Shown: positions 29,571-39,115, counted from the stretch's first letter. The stretch: DNA of 45,190 nucleotides from Candidatus Methylomirabilia bacterium (GCA_041493605.1 JBGPZD010000003.1:1-45190); one strand, 5' to 3'. A program made the numbers and translations. Notes: generated from the sequence alone by a model not told the origin.

Positions 29571-30497
29571 CTACGGCTGCTGGATGGCGCTCAGCCGCCA
29601 TGGGTTCGGGCCCACCGGTCGGACGAAGGTCCAGTACTCCTCGAACTTCACGGGTTCGGTGCGGCTGCCCTCGAGCACGCGCGCGCCGCTCTCGTCCGTG
29701 GTGTAGTCGAGCAGGTTGGCGAGGAAGCGCACCGTGACGTAGTCCTGGCCCCGCTCCTGCCAGGCCTCGGTCAGCTTGGCCGAGCGCACCGCGATGTTCT
29801 CCAGCCGGTTGATCTTGCCCTCGGCGCGCAGCTTGTCGCAGTCGCGCTGAAGGATTCCGCGCATCTCGTCGGCGAGGGCCCCGGCGGCCACGCTCATGTC
29901 GCGGGCGATCCAGGCGGCCTGAACCTTGAAGAAGATGTCCTCCGCCGTGTCGGCGAAGCGCGCGGGGTCGAAGCCCGCGTCCATCTGCCGGATGAAGCCC
30001 AGCCCGCGGTCGAGATCGCCCGAACCGGCCGGCGCCTCCGCGGTCGCGGCCGGCGCTCCGGACGCGCCGGCATAGCCCGCCGGCGCCGCGTAGCCCCCCG
30101 GAGCCGCATATCGAGATGTCGCCGCGCCCGCCTGCTGCCGCCGCATATAGGCGAACGCGAACCAGACCAGGGCGCCGATGACGACGATCTCGAGCAGGCC
30201 GATGCCGCCGAAGAGCCCGCCGCCCAAGCCGCCGAAGAGCAGGCTGCCGATGAGCCCGCCGACGAGGAGCCCGCCCAGCATGCCGCCCCAGCCCGGCCGC
30301 TGCGGCCCCGGCTGCTGAGCGGCCGGCTGGCTCGGCGAGGCCGGGCTCGTGGAGGGCGGGACCGGCGAGGAGTAGCTGCGCGAGCCGCGGCTGCCGCCCG
30401 AGCTGCCGCCGCCGGCGCGCGCCCAAGCGTCCGCCGTCAGGAGAAGGGGTGTCAGCAGCATCGCGAACAATGCGGTCAGGGCCACGGTCCGTCTCAT
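29571..30497 (-). CDS. Tim44-like domain protein
   Basis: ARAGGGSSGGSRGSRSY N-terminus, Gly-rich TM segments, FFKVQAAW and FEEYWTF..W.LSAIQQ. Confidence 0.9.
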   Translation of the reverse strand: MRRTVALTALFAMLLTPLLLTADAWARAGGGSSGGSRGSRSYSSPVPPSTSPASPSQPAAQQPGPQRPGWGGMLGGLLVGGLIGSLLFGGLGGGLFGGIGLLEIVVIGALVWFAFAYMRRQQAGAATSRYAAPGGYAAPAGYAGASGAPAATAEAPAGSGDLDRGLGFIRQMDAGFDPARFADTAEDIFFKVQAAWIARDMSVAAGALADEMRGILQRDCDKLRAEGKINRLENIAVRSAKLTEAWQERGQDYVTVRFLANLLDYTTDESGARVLEGSRTEPVKFEEYWTFVRPVGPNPWRLSAIQQP

Positions 30498-30548
30498 CGA
30501 GTCGCTCCTTTGGCCGCCGCGCGAGTCAGTCGCGGACGGCCGCGTGCC

Positions 30549-30944
30549 TTACTTCTGCTGCTCCAGCTGTGCCCCGTGCTTCATCAGGACCTCGCCCATC
30601 GCCTTCATCATTTCGCCGCGCATCTTGAGCATGCGGGCCGACGCCTTGGGATCCTCTGAGCTCATCATCATCTCCATCATCCCGGGCATCATCATGGCCC
30701 GCCCCTGCATGCCGTCCATCATTCCCTGCCCGGGCATTGCCATGCCCGGGCCCATCATCGGGCACATCATCTTCCCACCCATCATGCTTTGACCCATCGG
30801 GTGATGCTGCGGTTCCCCCGCGGGGGGTGGGCCGGCCGGCGGCTGGCCCTGGGGCGGCGGCATCGGCCGCATCTGGGCCCCCGCCGCGGAAGCGCACAGC
30901 AGCACAGCCAGAACCGCTACAGCCGTCACGGTCTCGCGAATCAT
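30549..30944 (-). CDS. secreted Met-rich protein
   Basis: Signal peptide AAGA|Q; about 29 Met in 131 aa; GGAGG SD. Confidence 0.75.
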   Translation of the reverse strand: MIRETVTAVAVLAVLLCASAAGAQMRPMPPPQGQPPAGPPPAGEPQHHPMGQSMMGGKMMCPMMGPGMAMPGQGMMDGMQGRAMMMPGMMEMMMSSEDPKASARMLKMRGEMMKAMGEVLMKHGAQLEQQK

Positions 30945-31071
30945 GGTCGATCCTCCTGGGGAGGATTATCGCTCACTCCGCCTCTCCCCGCCCGTCTCGT
31001 TTGGAACTTTGCGCCGGCGCCCCGGTCTAAGCCGTTAAACGCCGGCGGGAGCGCCGGCCCAGGAGGAGACC

Positions 31072-32115
31072 ATGAACGAACGGCGGCGGGGCTTTCTACG
31101 GATTTGCGGGCTGGGGAGCCTAGGGGTCGTGGCCGGCCCGGCGCTGGCCTGGGCCACCAGGATCCGGGTGCTGGAGGAAGGGGGAGACGGTGACCGGCCC
31201 ATCCTGGTCGGCCAGGTGAGCCCCGACTTCCAGCGCATGGCCTCGGGGCTGCGCGTCGGGCCTGCTCAGGCCGCGGGCGGACTGCTCGTGTTCTGGCTCC
31301 GCGCCAAGGAAGCGCCGGCCGCGCTCGAGGTCGCCACGCTCGAGGAGGCGCGCGCCCGGGGCCAGCTCCTCATCACCGAGCGCGACCAGGCCACCGTGCC
31401 CGAGCTGCTCGTCGAGAACCGGGGCAAGACGCCGGTGCTTCTCCTGGCGGGCGAGATCCTGCTCGGCGGCAAGCAGAACCGCGTGCTCAAAGAGGACATC
31501 CTGCTGCCGCCGCTCAGCGGCCCGCGCAATATCGGCGTCTACTGCGTGGAGCAGGGACGCTGGAACGAGGGCAGGAAGGACTTCGAGAGCAAGGCCAGCT
31601 TCGCCCAGCCGGCGCTGCGCTCGCGCCTCATGGATAAGGCGCCGCAGAGCCAGGTCTGGTCGGAGGTGGGCAAGGCCGCGCGGGCGGCCCAGGCGCCGTC
31701 GGCCACGGGCAGCTACCAGGAGATCTACGAGAAGCCCGAGGTCAAGGACCATCTCGCGGACGTCGAGCGCGGGCTGGACTCTCGGGCGGCGGCGGGCGCT
31801 TACGGCGCGGCCGTCTTCACCGCCGGCGGCTTGAGCGGCGTCGACGTGTTTCACGCGCCCGGACTCTTCGCGCGCGAGTGGTCGAAACTCCTGCGGGCGC
31901 ATGCCGTCGAAGCCTACCGCCAGCCGCGTCCCGCCGAGTGGCCGGAGGCCAAGCTCCGGGCGCGGGTGGAGGCCATGTTGGGCGTGGCGGCGCGCGCCGA
32001 GGGCAACCTGCGGGGCAACGCGGGAGTGGGACAGCTCTTCGAGTTCCGCGTGGAGAAGGCGCGCGGGGCGGCGCTCATCTTCGAAGGGCGTGTCGTGCAC
32101 GCGGCCATCCTCTGA
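31072..32115 (+). CDS. Tat-signal ARPP-1/DUF6569-like protein
   Basis: RRRGFL Tat motif; VPEL.VEN, GEILLGGKQNR, CVEQGRW and QSQVW. Confidence 0.75.
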   Translation: MNERRRGFLRICGLGSLGVVAGPALAWATRIRVLEEGGDGDRPILVGQVSPDFQRMASGLRVGPAQAAGGLLVFWLRAKEAPAALEVATLEEARARGQLLITERDQATVPELLVENRGKTPVLLLAGEILLGGKQNRVLKEDILLPPLSGPRNIGVYCVEQGRWNEGRKDFESKASFAQPALRSRLMDKAPQSQVWSEVGKAARAAQAPSATGSYQEIYEKPEVKDHLADVERGLDSRAAAGAYGAAVFTAGGLSGVDVFHAPGLFAREWSKLLRAHAVEAYRQPRPAEWPEAKLRARVEAMLGVAARAEGNLRGNAGVGQLFEFRVEKARGAALIFEGRVVHAAIL

Positions 32116-32186
32116 GGGCCGGGCGGGGCCGGGCTTGACGGCCGGGGTGCCGGGCGTATCATCGCGGCACACCAAAGGAGGTCCCC

Positions 32187-32600
32187 ATGGCTGACACGGT
32201 CCAGGTCATCGAGTACTTCTACGTGATGGCGCCCAACAAGCCGGGCGAGGGCGCGCGGCTGCTCAGCGCCCTGCGCGAAGCGGGCGTCAACCTGCTGGCC
32301 TTCTCCGGCTTCCCCGAGGGCCGGAGCTCCCAGCTCGACTTCGTCCCGTCCGACGCCGCCGCGTTCCGCCAGTTCGCCAAGAGCCAGCGGTGGAAGGTCA
32401 AGGGCCCCAAGCGGTGCTTCCTGGTCAGCGGGGAGGACCGCGTGGGCGCGGTGGCCGACATGCTCCGCCGGCTGGCCGAGGCGCGCGTCAACGTGACGGC
32501 CATCGACGCCCTCTGCGCCGGCTCGGGGCGCTACGGCGCGATCCTGTGGGTGGCGCCGCGCGACGTGGGCAAGGCGTCCAAGGCGCTCGGCGCCGCCTAG
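32187..32600 (+). CDS. ACT-like tandem domain protein
   Basis: Two repeats: NKPGEGARLLSALREAGVNL and DRVGAVADMLRRLAEARVNV; AAGGAGG SD. Confidence 0.7.
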   Translation: MADTVQVIEYFYVMAPNKPGEGARLLSALREAGVNLLAFSGFPEGRSSQLDFVPSDAAAFRQFAKSQRWKVKGPKRCFLVSGEDRVGAVADMLRRLAEARVNVTAIDALCAGSGRYGAILWVAPRDVGKASKALGAA

Positions 32601-32615
32601 CCGCGCGGAATCCGG

Positions 32616-33089
32616 ATGCCGCGGGAGCTGTCCTCGCGCCTGACCCCGTGGTACAAGTTCGTCCTCCCGACTCTCTGGATTTCGCTCTTCGGGATGGGCA
32701 CGGCGGTCGTGTTCGTGGCCCAGGTGTCCGCCGGCCCCCACGACCAGCGGCTGCCGCCCGAGGTCAAGTGGCTCATGCTGGCGATCTGGATCGGCGCCTC
32801 CGGCCTCATCTGGTGGCTCTGCTGCCGGCTCAAGCGGGTGTGGCTGGACGGCGGGGCGCTCCGGATCTCGAATTACCGGCGGGAAGACCGCGTGCCGCTC
32901 GCCCGGGTCGCGGCGGTCACGGAGAACCGCTGGATCAACATCCGCCCGGTGACGGTCGAGTTCCGGGCGCCCACGACCTTCGGCGACCGCATCGTCTTCA
33001 TGCCGCAGGTGCGCTGGTTTCTCTTCTGGCGCCCGCACCCGATCGCCGTCGAGCTTCGCCGGGTGGTCGCGGAGGCCAAGCGCGGATAA
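32616..33089 (+). CDS. hypothetical membrane protein (2 TM + bPH-like C-terminus)
   Basis: Two hydrophobic helices and coding-like codon usage. Confidence 0.65.
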   Translation: MPRELSSRLTPWYKFVLPTLWISLFGMGTAVVFVAQVSAGPHDQRLPPEVKWLMLAIWIGASGLIWWLCCRLKRVWLDGGALRISNYRREDRVPLARVAAVTENRWINIRPVTVEFRAPTTFGDRIVFMPQVRWFLFWRPHPIAVELRRVVAEAKRG

Positions 33090-33150
33090 ACGAAACGGGG
33101 CAGCTCACGCCGCCCCGTTGAGGGATCGGAGGATTCGGGCTCCGCGCGTC

Positions 33151-33474
33151 TCAGCCGCGGCGGTCGGGCACCAGGTCCACCCAGATGCGGGTGCCCCACG
33201 CGGGGCGGACTTCCAACTGGATCGTGCTGGGGATGAAGCCGGGTGAGGTGACGGAAAGGACATGATTGCCGGGCCGGACGTAGAGCGGCCGCGCGATCAG
33301 GTCGTGAGCCGTGCCCACCGGGACGCCGTCCAGCCTCACCGCCGACTGCAGCGGGCGCACCTCGATGATGAGGGTGCCGGCGTTCGCGGAATCGCTGGTC
33401 GAGACGCTTCCGCCGGCGACGCCGAGCGATAGGCCCGCCGCCGCGATAAGTCCGAGGATCGCTGCCTTTCTCAT
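33151..33474 (-). CDS. secreted PEGA-domain protein
   Basis: GTLIIEVRP...VRLDGVPVG...PGNHVLSVTSPGF; GAGG SD. Confidence 0.75.
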   Translation of the reverse strand: MRKAAILGLIAAAGLSLGVAGGSVSTSDSANAGTLIIEVRPLQSAVRLDGVPVGTAHDLIARPLYVRPGNHVLSVTSPGFIPSTIQLEVRPAWGTRIWVDLVPDRRG

Positions 33475-33639
33475 GGGACCCTCCTCTGGATTGCCTACCC
33501 CGGCTTCCAGCCCAGCGGCTGATCTCTCCGCCAGGTAACCGGGTCCGACCAGTATAACCCGGGATGGGGCCTCCCGCGAAATCGCCCGGGGCCGGGCCAG
33601 GTTTGCCGCTCGGGGCCCTTTCTCCTATAATCCGGGGCC

Positions 33640-34683
33640 GTGAACTGCCAGCGCTGCGCTCAACCCCTCTCGCCTGAGGCGCGGTTCTGCGCCGGGTGTG
33701 GGCAGGCGGTGGCCGGGCCGGCGACCCCCCGGACCGCGACCCACACCATCACCTGGATCAACCACTTCATCCACGAGGTCGCCTCGCTGTCGGTGCGCGA
33801 CCTGGCGCGGGTGGACCGGGCCCACGCCGTGGAGATCATCAAGAGCCCGGTCTTCCGCCTCCTCTGCCTGGTCGCGATCGTCCCCCTGGCGATCCAGACC
33901 CTCGAGGGCGTCCAGTCCATCCTCGACGGGCTCGCCATCTGGTCCGGGGTGCTCTGGGCGCTGCTGCTCTACCGCCTCTTCGCCGATCGGCAGGTGCCGG
34001 TGGGCTGGGCCATCGGCACCGTGTTCTTCACCGCCTTCGTCGGCGTGCCGCTGCTGCGGGCCTATCTGGACATCCCCGTCGACATCTTCCCCGCCCTCGC
34101 GCGCAGCCCGTTCCTGCTCCTGCAACTGCTGGGCTACGTGGTCGGCGTGGGCGTGCGCGAGGAGCTGTTCAAGGCCCTGCCGCTGCTGGTCCTGATCAAG
34201 CTCACCCCGCGCATGAAGAGCCCGGTGGTCGGCATCGTGCTCGGGATGATGTCGGGGGTGGGCTTCGCCGTCGCGGAGAACGTCGTCTACACCTTCACCA
34301 ACCTCGAGCAGGCGGTCGGCGCCGTCCGCCAGACCGGCCAGCTGGTCCACCTGGTCGGCCCCATCTACACCAACGTGGTGCGGATGGCGATGACGCCGTT
34401 CTTCCACGGCTGCCTCAGCGGCATCTTCGGCTACTTCATCGCGCTGTCGGCCGCCAATCCCGCCCAGCGCTGGCCGCTGCTCGTCGCCGGCTGGGGCATG
34501 GCCGCGGTGCTCCACGGCTGCTTCGACACCTTCGTCGCGCGCTCGCCGCTCTGGGGCGTGCTGATCGAGGGCGCGGCCTTCTTCCTGCTCATGACCTATA
34601 TCGTCAAGGCCCGCGGACTGACCTCCGCGAGCCAGCTGGGCGACGGCCTGTTCGGGCCCGAGCCCGAGCCGCCGCCCGCCTGA
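33640..34683 (+). CDS. PrsW family intramembrane metalloprotease with N-terminal Zn ribbon
   Basis: CQRC...FCAGCG; REELFK, GFAVAEN, HG and LHGCFD. Confidence 0.85.
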   Translation: MNCQRCAQPLSPEARFCAGCGQAVAGPATPRTATHTITWINHFIHEVASLSVRDLARVDRAHAVEIIKSPVFRLLCLVAIVPLAIQTLEGVQSILDGLAIWSGVLWALLLYRLFADRQVPVGWAIGTVFFTAFVGVPLLRAYLDIPVDIFPALARSPFLLLQLLGYVVGVGVREELFKALPLLVLIKLTPRMKSPVVGIVLGMMSGVGFAVAENVVYTFTNLEQAVGAVRQTGQLVHLVGPIYTNVVRMAMTPFFHGCLSGIFGYFIALSAANPAQRWPLLVAGWGMAAVLHGCFDTFVARSPLWGVLIEGAAFFLLMTYIVKARGLTSASQLGDGLFGPEPEPPPA

Positions 34684-34728
34684 GCCCCTGCGCGGGCAAC
34701 CGCTCCGGAGCGGGAGATAGCCCCGGGC

Positions 34729-35502
34729 TCAGCTGCCTGACGAAGGCGGGCGGGCGAAGGGCGAGCGGCCGTCGAGCGTCTCGCGCACGGTGCGCACCAG
34801 ATCCTCAACCGTGAACGGCTTCGGCAGGAAGCGGTCCCCGCGGGCCGACGTCCCGGACACGGAAAAGGCGGACATGAGCACGACCTTCATCGCGGGGCGC
34901 AGCGGCAGGACCCGCTCCACCAGGTGGAAGCCGTTCATCAGCGGCATCACGATGTCCGAGATCAGCATGTGGATCGGACCGTCGTGCTCCTTGGCGATGC
35001 GAACCGCGTGCATGGGGTCCGAACCCGCATCGAGCACCGTGTAGCCCTTGGCCTCGAGGGCGTCACGCGCCAGCGCGCGGCTGCCGCTGTCATCGTCCAC
35101 CAGGAGGATCGTCTCCGTGCCTGCCCGCGCGGCGCTGTGCCAGGTGCCCGCAGGCGCCGCGGCCACGGGCTTCGCGGTGACCGGGATCGGCTGGCTGTGA
35201 ACCCCGAGGAAGAGCAGCGCGGAGCCGTCCCGGTCGGTGCGCCACACGATGGCGCGCACGTCGTAGGGCGGCCGGTCGGGCGGCCGCATGACGAGCCGCA
35301 CGTCGGCGCCCAGCTCGAGCCGGTCGGTCATGCGGAGCTTGACGCCGTAGGGGCTGAGGTTGACGGTCTCGGCCGGGATATAGCGGTCGCCGTTGTCGAC
35401 GACGACCGGCCAGGTCACCCGGTCGCGCGGGTGCCGCCGCGTGTCCTTCCTCTCCTTGGACCTCGGAGCCCCTTCCACAAAGTCCGGCCGTGACATTGGC
35501 AA
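34729..35502 (-). CDS. PilZ domain + response regulator receiver fusion
   Basis: PilZ motifs RRHPR and NLSPYG; REC motifs LLVDDD, SDIVMP and KPF. Confidence 0.85.
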   Translation of the reverse strand: MPMSRPDFVEGAPRSKERKDTRRHPRDRVTWPVVVDNGDRYIPAETVNLSPYGVKLRMTDRLELGADVRLVMRPPDRPPYDVRAIVWRTDRDGSALLFLGVHSQPIPVTAKPVAAAPAGTWHSAARAGTETILLVDDDSGSRALARDALEAKGYTVLDAGSDPMHAVRIAKEHDGPIHMLISDIVMPLMNGFHLVERVLPLRPAMKVVLMSAFSVSGTSARGDRFLPKPFTVEDLVRTVRETLDGRSPFARPPSSGS

Positions 35503-35676
35503 TCCTCTCCGTTCCTATTCTACAGCAAGAGGCGTTCCAGCCAATCGGGGCGAGAAAGGGTCTGATTCAAAGGGATTTCTGCCGCCGCGGCGGACAGCCG
35601 GGCCCTGGTTTCCCGACACTTTTCGGCAGGCGCTGACGCCTGCCGCCAGCCGGGCGGTGGGCGCCACCGGCGCGGC

Positions 35677-36300
35677 TCAGCGCCAGCGATGGCCGACGAG
35701 CCCCGCCTGGAAGGAGCGCCGGTCCACGCGCGCGAGGTTCCGGATCAGGGCCGGCGTGAGCAGCGGCGTGTGCGGGATGTCCAGCAGATACGTCGGAATG
35801 CACCAGAGATCGGTCTCGGCCGTCATCCAGCCCTTATGGGAGCGGTCGAAGCGCGCCAGGTTGACCGGGCGCGAGTAGGTGCGCAGCGTGCGCTCGCCGC
35901 GGAGATTGAACCAGCCCTCGAAGTAGCTCATCGCCAGCTCGCGTAGGCTGCGGTAGACGGGCTCGCGGTATCGCAGCCCAGAGTAGTTCGACTTGGCGAC
36001 GGCGCCCCAGTGCCCGCGGATCCGGTACACGGCGATGACGTGGTCAGTGTCCTGGACCGCCTCGAGGTCCAGCAGCAGCGGTGGGAACCCTAGCACCCGC
36101 AGAGCCCCAGCCGCGAAGATGGCGCCCTCGAGGCAGTGGGCCGTCCGCTCCCTCAGCACCCGCCGCGGCGACCACGCCGTGTCTTTCAGGTGGTAGGGCA
36201 TGGCGTCCAGCGCGCGCTGAACGCCGAGCGGAGTGCGCAGGGCGCGCAGGGCGCGCCACTCGCGCGGGGTGAAGCCGAACAGCGGCCGAGCGGTCGGCAC
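35677..36300 (-). CDS. transglutaminase/papain-like fold hypothetical protein
   Basis: SPRRVL..TAHCLEGA and DHVIAVY..WGAVAKSN; starts 8 nt after the nth accessory gene. Confidence 0.65.
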   Translation of the reverse strand: MPTARPLFGFTPREWRALRALRTPLGVQRALDAMPYHLKDTAWSPRRVLRERTAHCLEGAIFAAGALRVLGFPPLLLDLEAVQDTDHVIAVYRIRGHWGAVAKSNYSGLRYREPVYRSLRELAMSYFEGWFNLRGERTLRTYSRPVNLARFDRSHKGWMTAETDLWCIPTYLLDIPHTPLLTPALIRNLARVDRRSFQAGLVGHRWR

Positions 36301-36308
36301 GTGTCCGC

Positions 36309-37142
36309 TCAGAAGACCTCGTCGCGCTCGCCGAACTCGAACTGGTAGGTCGTCTCCTCGACCTCGTCCGGCGAGACGAGCCCCTTCTTAGTGAGCAGCT
36401 CCTCGAAGGTCGCGAGCCAGATCTCGTAGTAGACGAACGCCCCGCCCCGCGCGTCGGCGGCGGCGATCTGGGCGATCAGCGCCTGGCGGAACTCCTCCCA
36501 ATCGTAGGCGCCCTGCTCGTGCAGGGCCACGGCCATGCCGAAGGCGCGCCCCTGCCAGGGCTCCTCGAAGACCAGCTCGCCGTTCTTTCGTGGCAAGGCC
36601 GTCGAGCCGTCCATCGCCGCGATCACCCGCTCCACGCTGAGCGGGCGGCCGTCCGCCGTCATGCCCGACGCCATGCCGGCGCAGCCGTGGAAGCCCGCGC
36701 GGCGGCGGTGGTCGTCCACCGGCTGGCCGTCGGGACGCGGCTGCCAGGCCGAGGCGGTGAAGTGATAGGGCTCGAGCGCGGGCGGCGGCGGGAGGAGCCC
36801 GTCAGCCTCCAGCATCCCCTCCGCATGGTCCCAGATGGCGCGCGCCATGGCGTCCGAGTTCACCGAGTGGAACCACTGCGCCTGGCCGTCGAAGAGCAGC
36901 AGTGCCACGTTGGCCAGCGCGCAGGGGCCGAGACAGCCCCCGATGGTCAGGTGCACGACATTGCGGAGACGGCGCTTCTCCCACTCGGCGTGGAAGGCCT
37001 CGGCCGGGACCGGCGCGAAGCCGTCCTCCGTCCGGCCACAGCAGCAGCCGCCGGCGCAGACAAAGAGGTGGCCGCGCGGGCGCGCCACGTTGACGGGGCG
37101 GCCGTCGGGACGGAGGACGATATTGCGCCGGCGCGCGTACAC
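36309..37142 (-). CDS. thioredoxin-like (2Fe-2S)-type domain fused to nitrile hydratase accessory (P14K/NhlE-like) domain
   Basis: N-terminal VCAGGCCCG...GCLGPC; C-terminal PRKNGELVFEEPWQGRAFGMAVAL...YYEIWL; GTG 37142. Confidence 0.8.
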   Translation of the reverse strand: MYARRRNIVLRPDGRPVNVARPRGHLFVCAGGCCCGRTEDGFAPVPAEAFHAEWEKRRLRNVVHLTIGGCLGPCALANVALLLFDGQAQWFHSVNSDAMARAIWDHAEGMLEADGLLPPPPALEPYHFTASAWQPRPDGQPVDDHRRRAGFHGCAGMASGMTADGRPLSVERVIAAMDGSTALPRKNGELVFEEPWQGRAFGMAVALHEQGAYDWEEFRQALIAQIAAADARGGAFVYYEIWLATFEELLTKKGLVSPDEVEETTYQFEFGERDEVF

Positions 37143-37150
37143 GGCGGGGC

Positions 37151-37786
37151 TCAGCGGACCTTGGCCAGCGGCGGGGCCAGCGGCGGGGCCAGCGGCAGGG
37201 CCGGCGGCGTGACCTCGGCCACGCCGATGAGGGCGTCCCGGTTGATGAGCGGCACCAGCGCCTCCTCGCCCAGCCCCTCCGTCCCCGCCGGGCGGCGCGG
37301 GAGCACCATGTAGCGCATCTCGGCGCTGCTGTCCCAGACGCGGATCTCGCGGTCGGCGGGGATCTCGAGGCCGAACTCCTTGAGCACGCTGCGCGGCTCG
37401 CTCACGGCCCGCGAGCGGTAGGCGGGCATCTTGTACCAGGTGGGCGGCAGCCCGAGCACGGGCCAGGGGTAGCAGGAGCAGAGCGTGCAGACCACCATGT
37501 TGTGCACGGCCGGCGTGTTCTCGACGACGAGCAGCACATCGTAGGCCAGGCCGAACTGCGCCAGGGCCGCCTTCGAGTCCTCCAACAGCAGCCGCTTGTA
37601 GCCCGGATCCGCCCAGGCGCGGGCGGTGGCGCGGGCGCCGATCATGGGCCCGGTGTCGTTCTCGTAGCGCTGGATGACGCGGTCCACGGCGTCGGGGGCC
37701 AGGATGCCCTTTTCGAGCAGCAGCGATTCCAGCGCCCGCACGCGCGAGACGACATACGGATCGACGTTGGGGTGGTTCTTGCCCAT
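37151..37786 (-). CDS. nthA: nitrile hydratase subunit alpha, Co-type
   Basis: VCTLCSCY (Thr/Tyr indicate Co-type), YRSRAV and [11 protein letters not shown]. Confidence 0.95.
   Translation of the reverse strand: MGKNHPNVDPYVVSRVRALESLLLEKGILAPDAVDRVIQRYENDTGPMIGARATARAWADPGYKRLLLEDSKAALAQFGLAYDVLLVVENTPAVHNMVVCTLCSCYPWPVLGLPPTWYKMPAYRSRAVSEPRSVLKEFGLEIPADREIRVWDSSAEMRYMVLPRRPAGTEGLGEEALVPLINRDALIGVAEVTPPALPLAPPLAPPLAKVR
37163..37198. repeat. 3 x 12-bp tandem repeat extending the NthA C-terminus (PLAP repeats)
   Basis: GGCCAGCGGCGG x2 + GGCCAGCGGCAG. Confidence 0.75.
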
Positions 37787-37789
37787 CGC

Positions 37790-38470
37790 TTACCTCCCGG
37801 GCAGGAGATAGCTCTCCCAGCAATCGAGGTGGACCTGCTCGTTCGGCTCGGCCGACTCGCCCCAGAGCTCGCGGCCCTCGAAGCGGACGCTGTAGAGCGG
37901 CTGGGGCTGCTCCCCCTGCCCGTGCGCGTTGGTGTCGGGGTAGACGTGGACCCCGTGGAGCCGGTGGATCACCCCGCGCTTGCCCCGCGCGTAGCGGGGC
38001 AGCCGCGTGTGGCCGTGCGGGTGGACGTGACGCGTGACCACGGCATCGCCCGGCTTGAAGCGCGGCGCCGCGGCGGCGTCCCGGACCGAACTCTGGAGCC
38101 AGTCCCAGCTGGCCCGCGCGCCCGCCGGCAGCGGGCCCTTGACGGCCTCGCGGGCCGGGGCGTCGGGGCGCGCGCGGAAGAACTCCGCGCGGGCCGCCAG
38201 ATCGGCTTCGCTCACCACGCCCTTCTCGATAAGCAGGCGGGTGATACCGTCCAGCCACTTCTCGTAGTAGGTCGCTCGCAGGTAATGGGCCGGATCCATG
38301 CGCTCGATGCCGTGGCGGAACTCGTCGATGTTGTAGAGACCGCGCGAGCCGCCGGCCCGCATGATGGCGAGCACCTCGGCCTCCCAGGGCGCGTGGAAGA
38401 CGGGCTCGTTCGCCTCCCGCTCCACCGGGCCGAAGCCCTGCATCCCGCCCAGATCGTGGATCCCGTCCAT
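37790..38470 (-). CDS. nthB: nitrile hydratase subunit beta
   Basis: MDGIHDLGGMQGFG, FRHGIERM, HTRLPRYARGK and WESYL. Confidence 0.95.
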   Translation of the reverse strand: MDGIHDLGGMQGFGPVEREANEPVFHAPWEAEVLAIMRAGGSRGLYNIDEFRHGIERMDPAHYLRATYYEKWLDGITRLLIEKGVVSEADLAARAEFFRARPDAPAREAVKGPLPAGARASWDWLQSSVRDAAAAPRFKPGDAVVTRHVHPHGHTRLPRYARGKRGVIHRLHGVHVYPDTNAHGQGEQPQPLYSVRFEGRELWGESAEPNEQVHLDCWESYLLPGR

Positions 38471-38509
38471 CGCGTGACCTCCCGCCCCGGCATTGTAGCC
38501 CAGCCGGCG

Positions 38510-39115
38510 CTAGTGAGTCCTCGGCCGCTCGGCCCGGGCCGGCGGCGCCTCGGCCGGCACCGCCGCCCATTGCGCGCGCATCTGCATCCACAGCTCGAGC
38601 CGCGACCAGTCGGGCGTGTCCACGTACCGCTGCCGCGCCGGGTCGATCCACGGATTCGGGAAAAACACCGTGAGCATCTGCTCGCTCCGGCCGTTCCACA
38701 TGCGGAAGCCCCAGGCGCTCGGCCGCCCCGCGGGGTCGCGGTTCATGAAAAAGGCGGCGCGGGCGCAGCGGCGCCAGGCCGCCAGCTCGGGCGGCGTGGG
38801 CAGGGCCGCGCTGCCGCGGTGGGGCCCGATGCAGAGGTGGAAGTGCCAGGACTCGCTGTCGTCCACCTGCACGGTGACGTAGCCGTCGAGCAGGGACACG
38901 CGCGGCCGCCGGGCGAACCGCCCCTCGAACACGGCGCCCTCGATGCAGGGCCCGAAGATCACCTGCCCCCAGTGCTCCTCGAAGATGTCCTTGAGAAGGG
39001 CGAGGAGGCCGGGCTCCGAGCAGTCCACCTCGAAGCATTCCGTCCGCGTCCCGTCGAGGTTGTCGTGGACGGCGGCGGGCAGTTGGAGTCCCTGGGACGC
39101 CGGGCGGTCCGGCAT
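38510..39115 (-). CDS. conserved hypothetical protein with GPCIEGAVFE and WHFHLCIG motifs
   Basis: Coding-like ORF directly upstream of nthB; His/Cys motif. Confidence 0.7.
   Translation of the reverse strand: MPDRPASQGLQLPAAVHDNLDGTRTECFEVDCSEPGLLALLKDIFEEHWGQVIFGPCIEGAVFEGRFARRPRVSLLDGYVTVQVDDSESWHFHLCIGPHRGSAALPTPPELAAWRRCARAAFFMNRDPAGRPSAWGFRMWNGRSEQMLTVFFPNPWIDPARQRYVDTPDWSRLELWMQMRAQWAAVPAEAPPARAERPRTH

Noticed and set aside
36309-39038. 909-aa ORF spanning the nth genes
   Set aside because: Only the last ~277 codons are protein-like; the rest overlaps nthA, nthB and the upstream gene out of frame.
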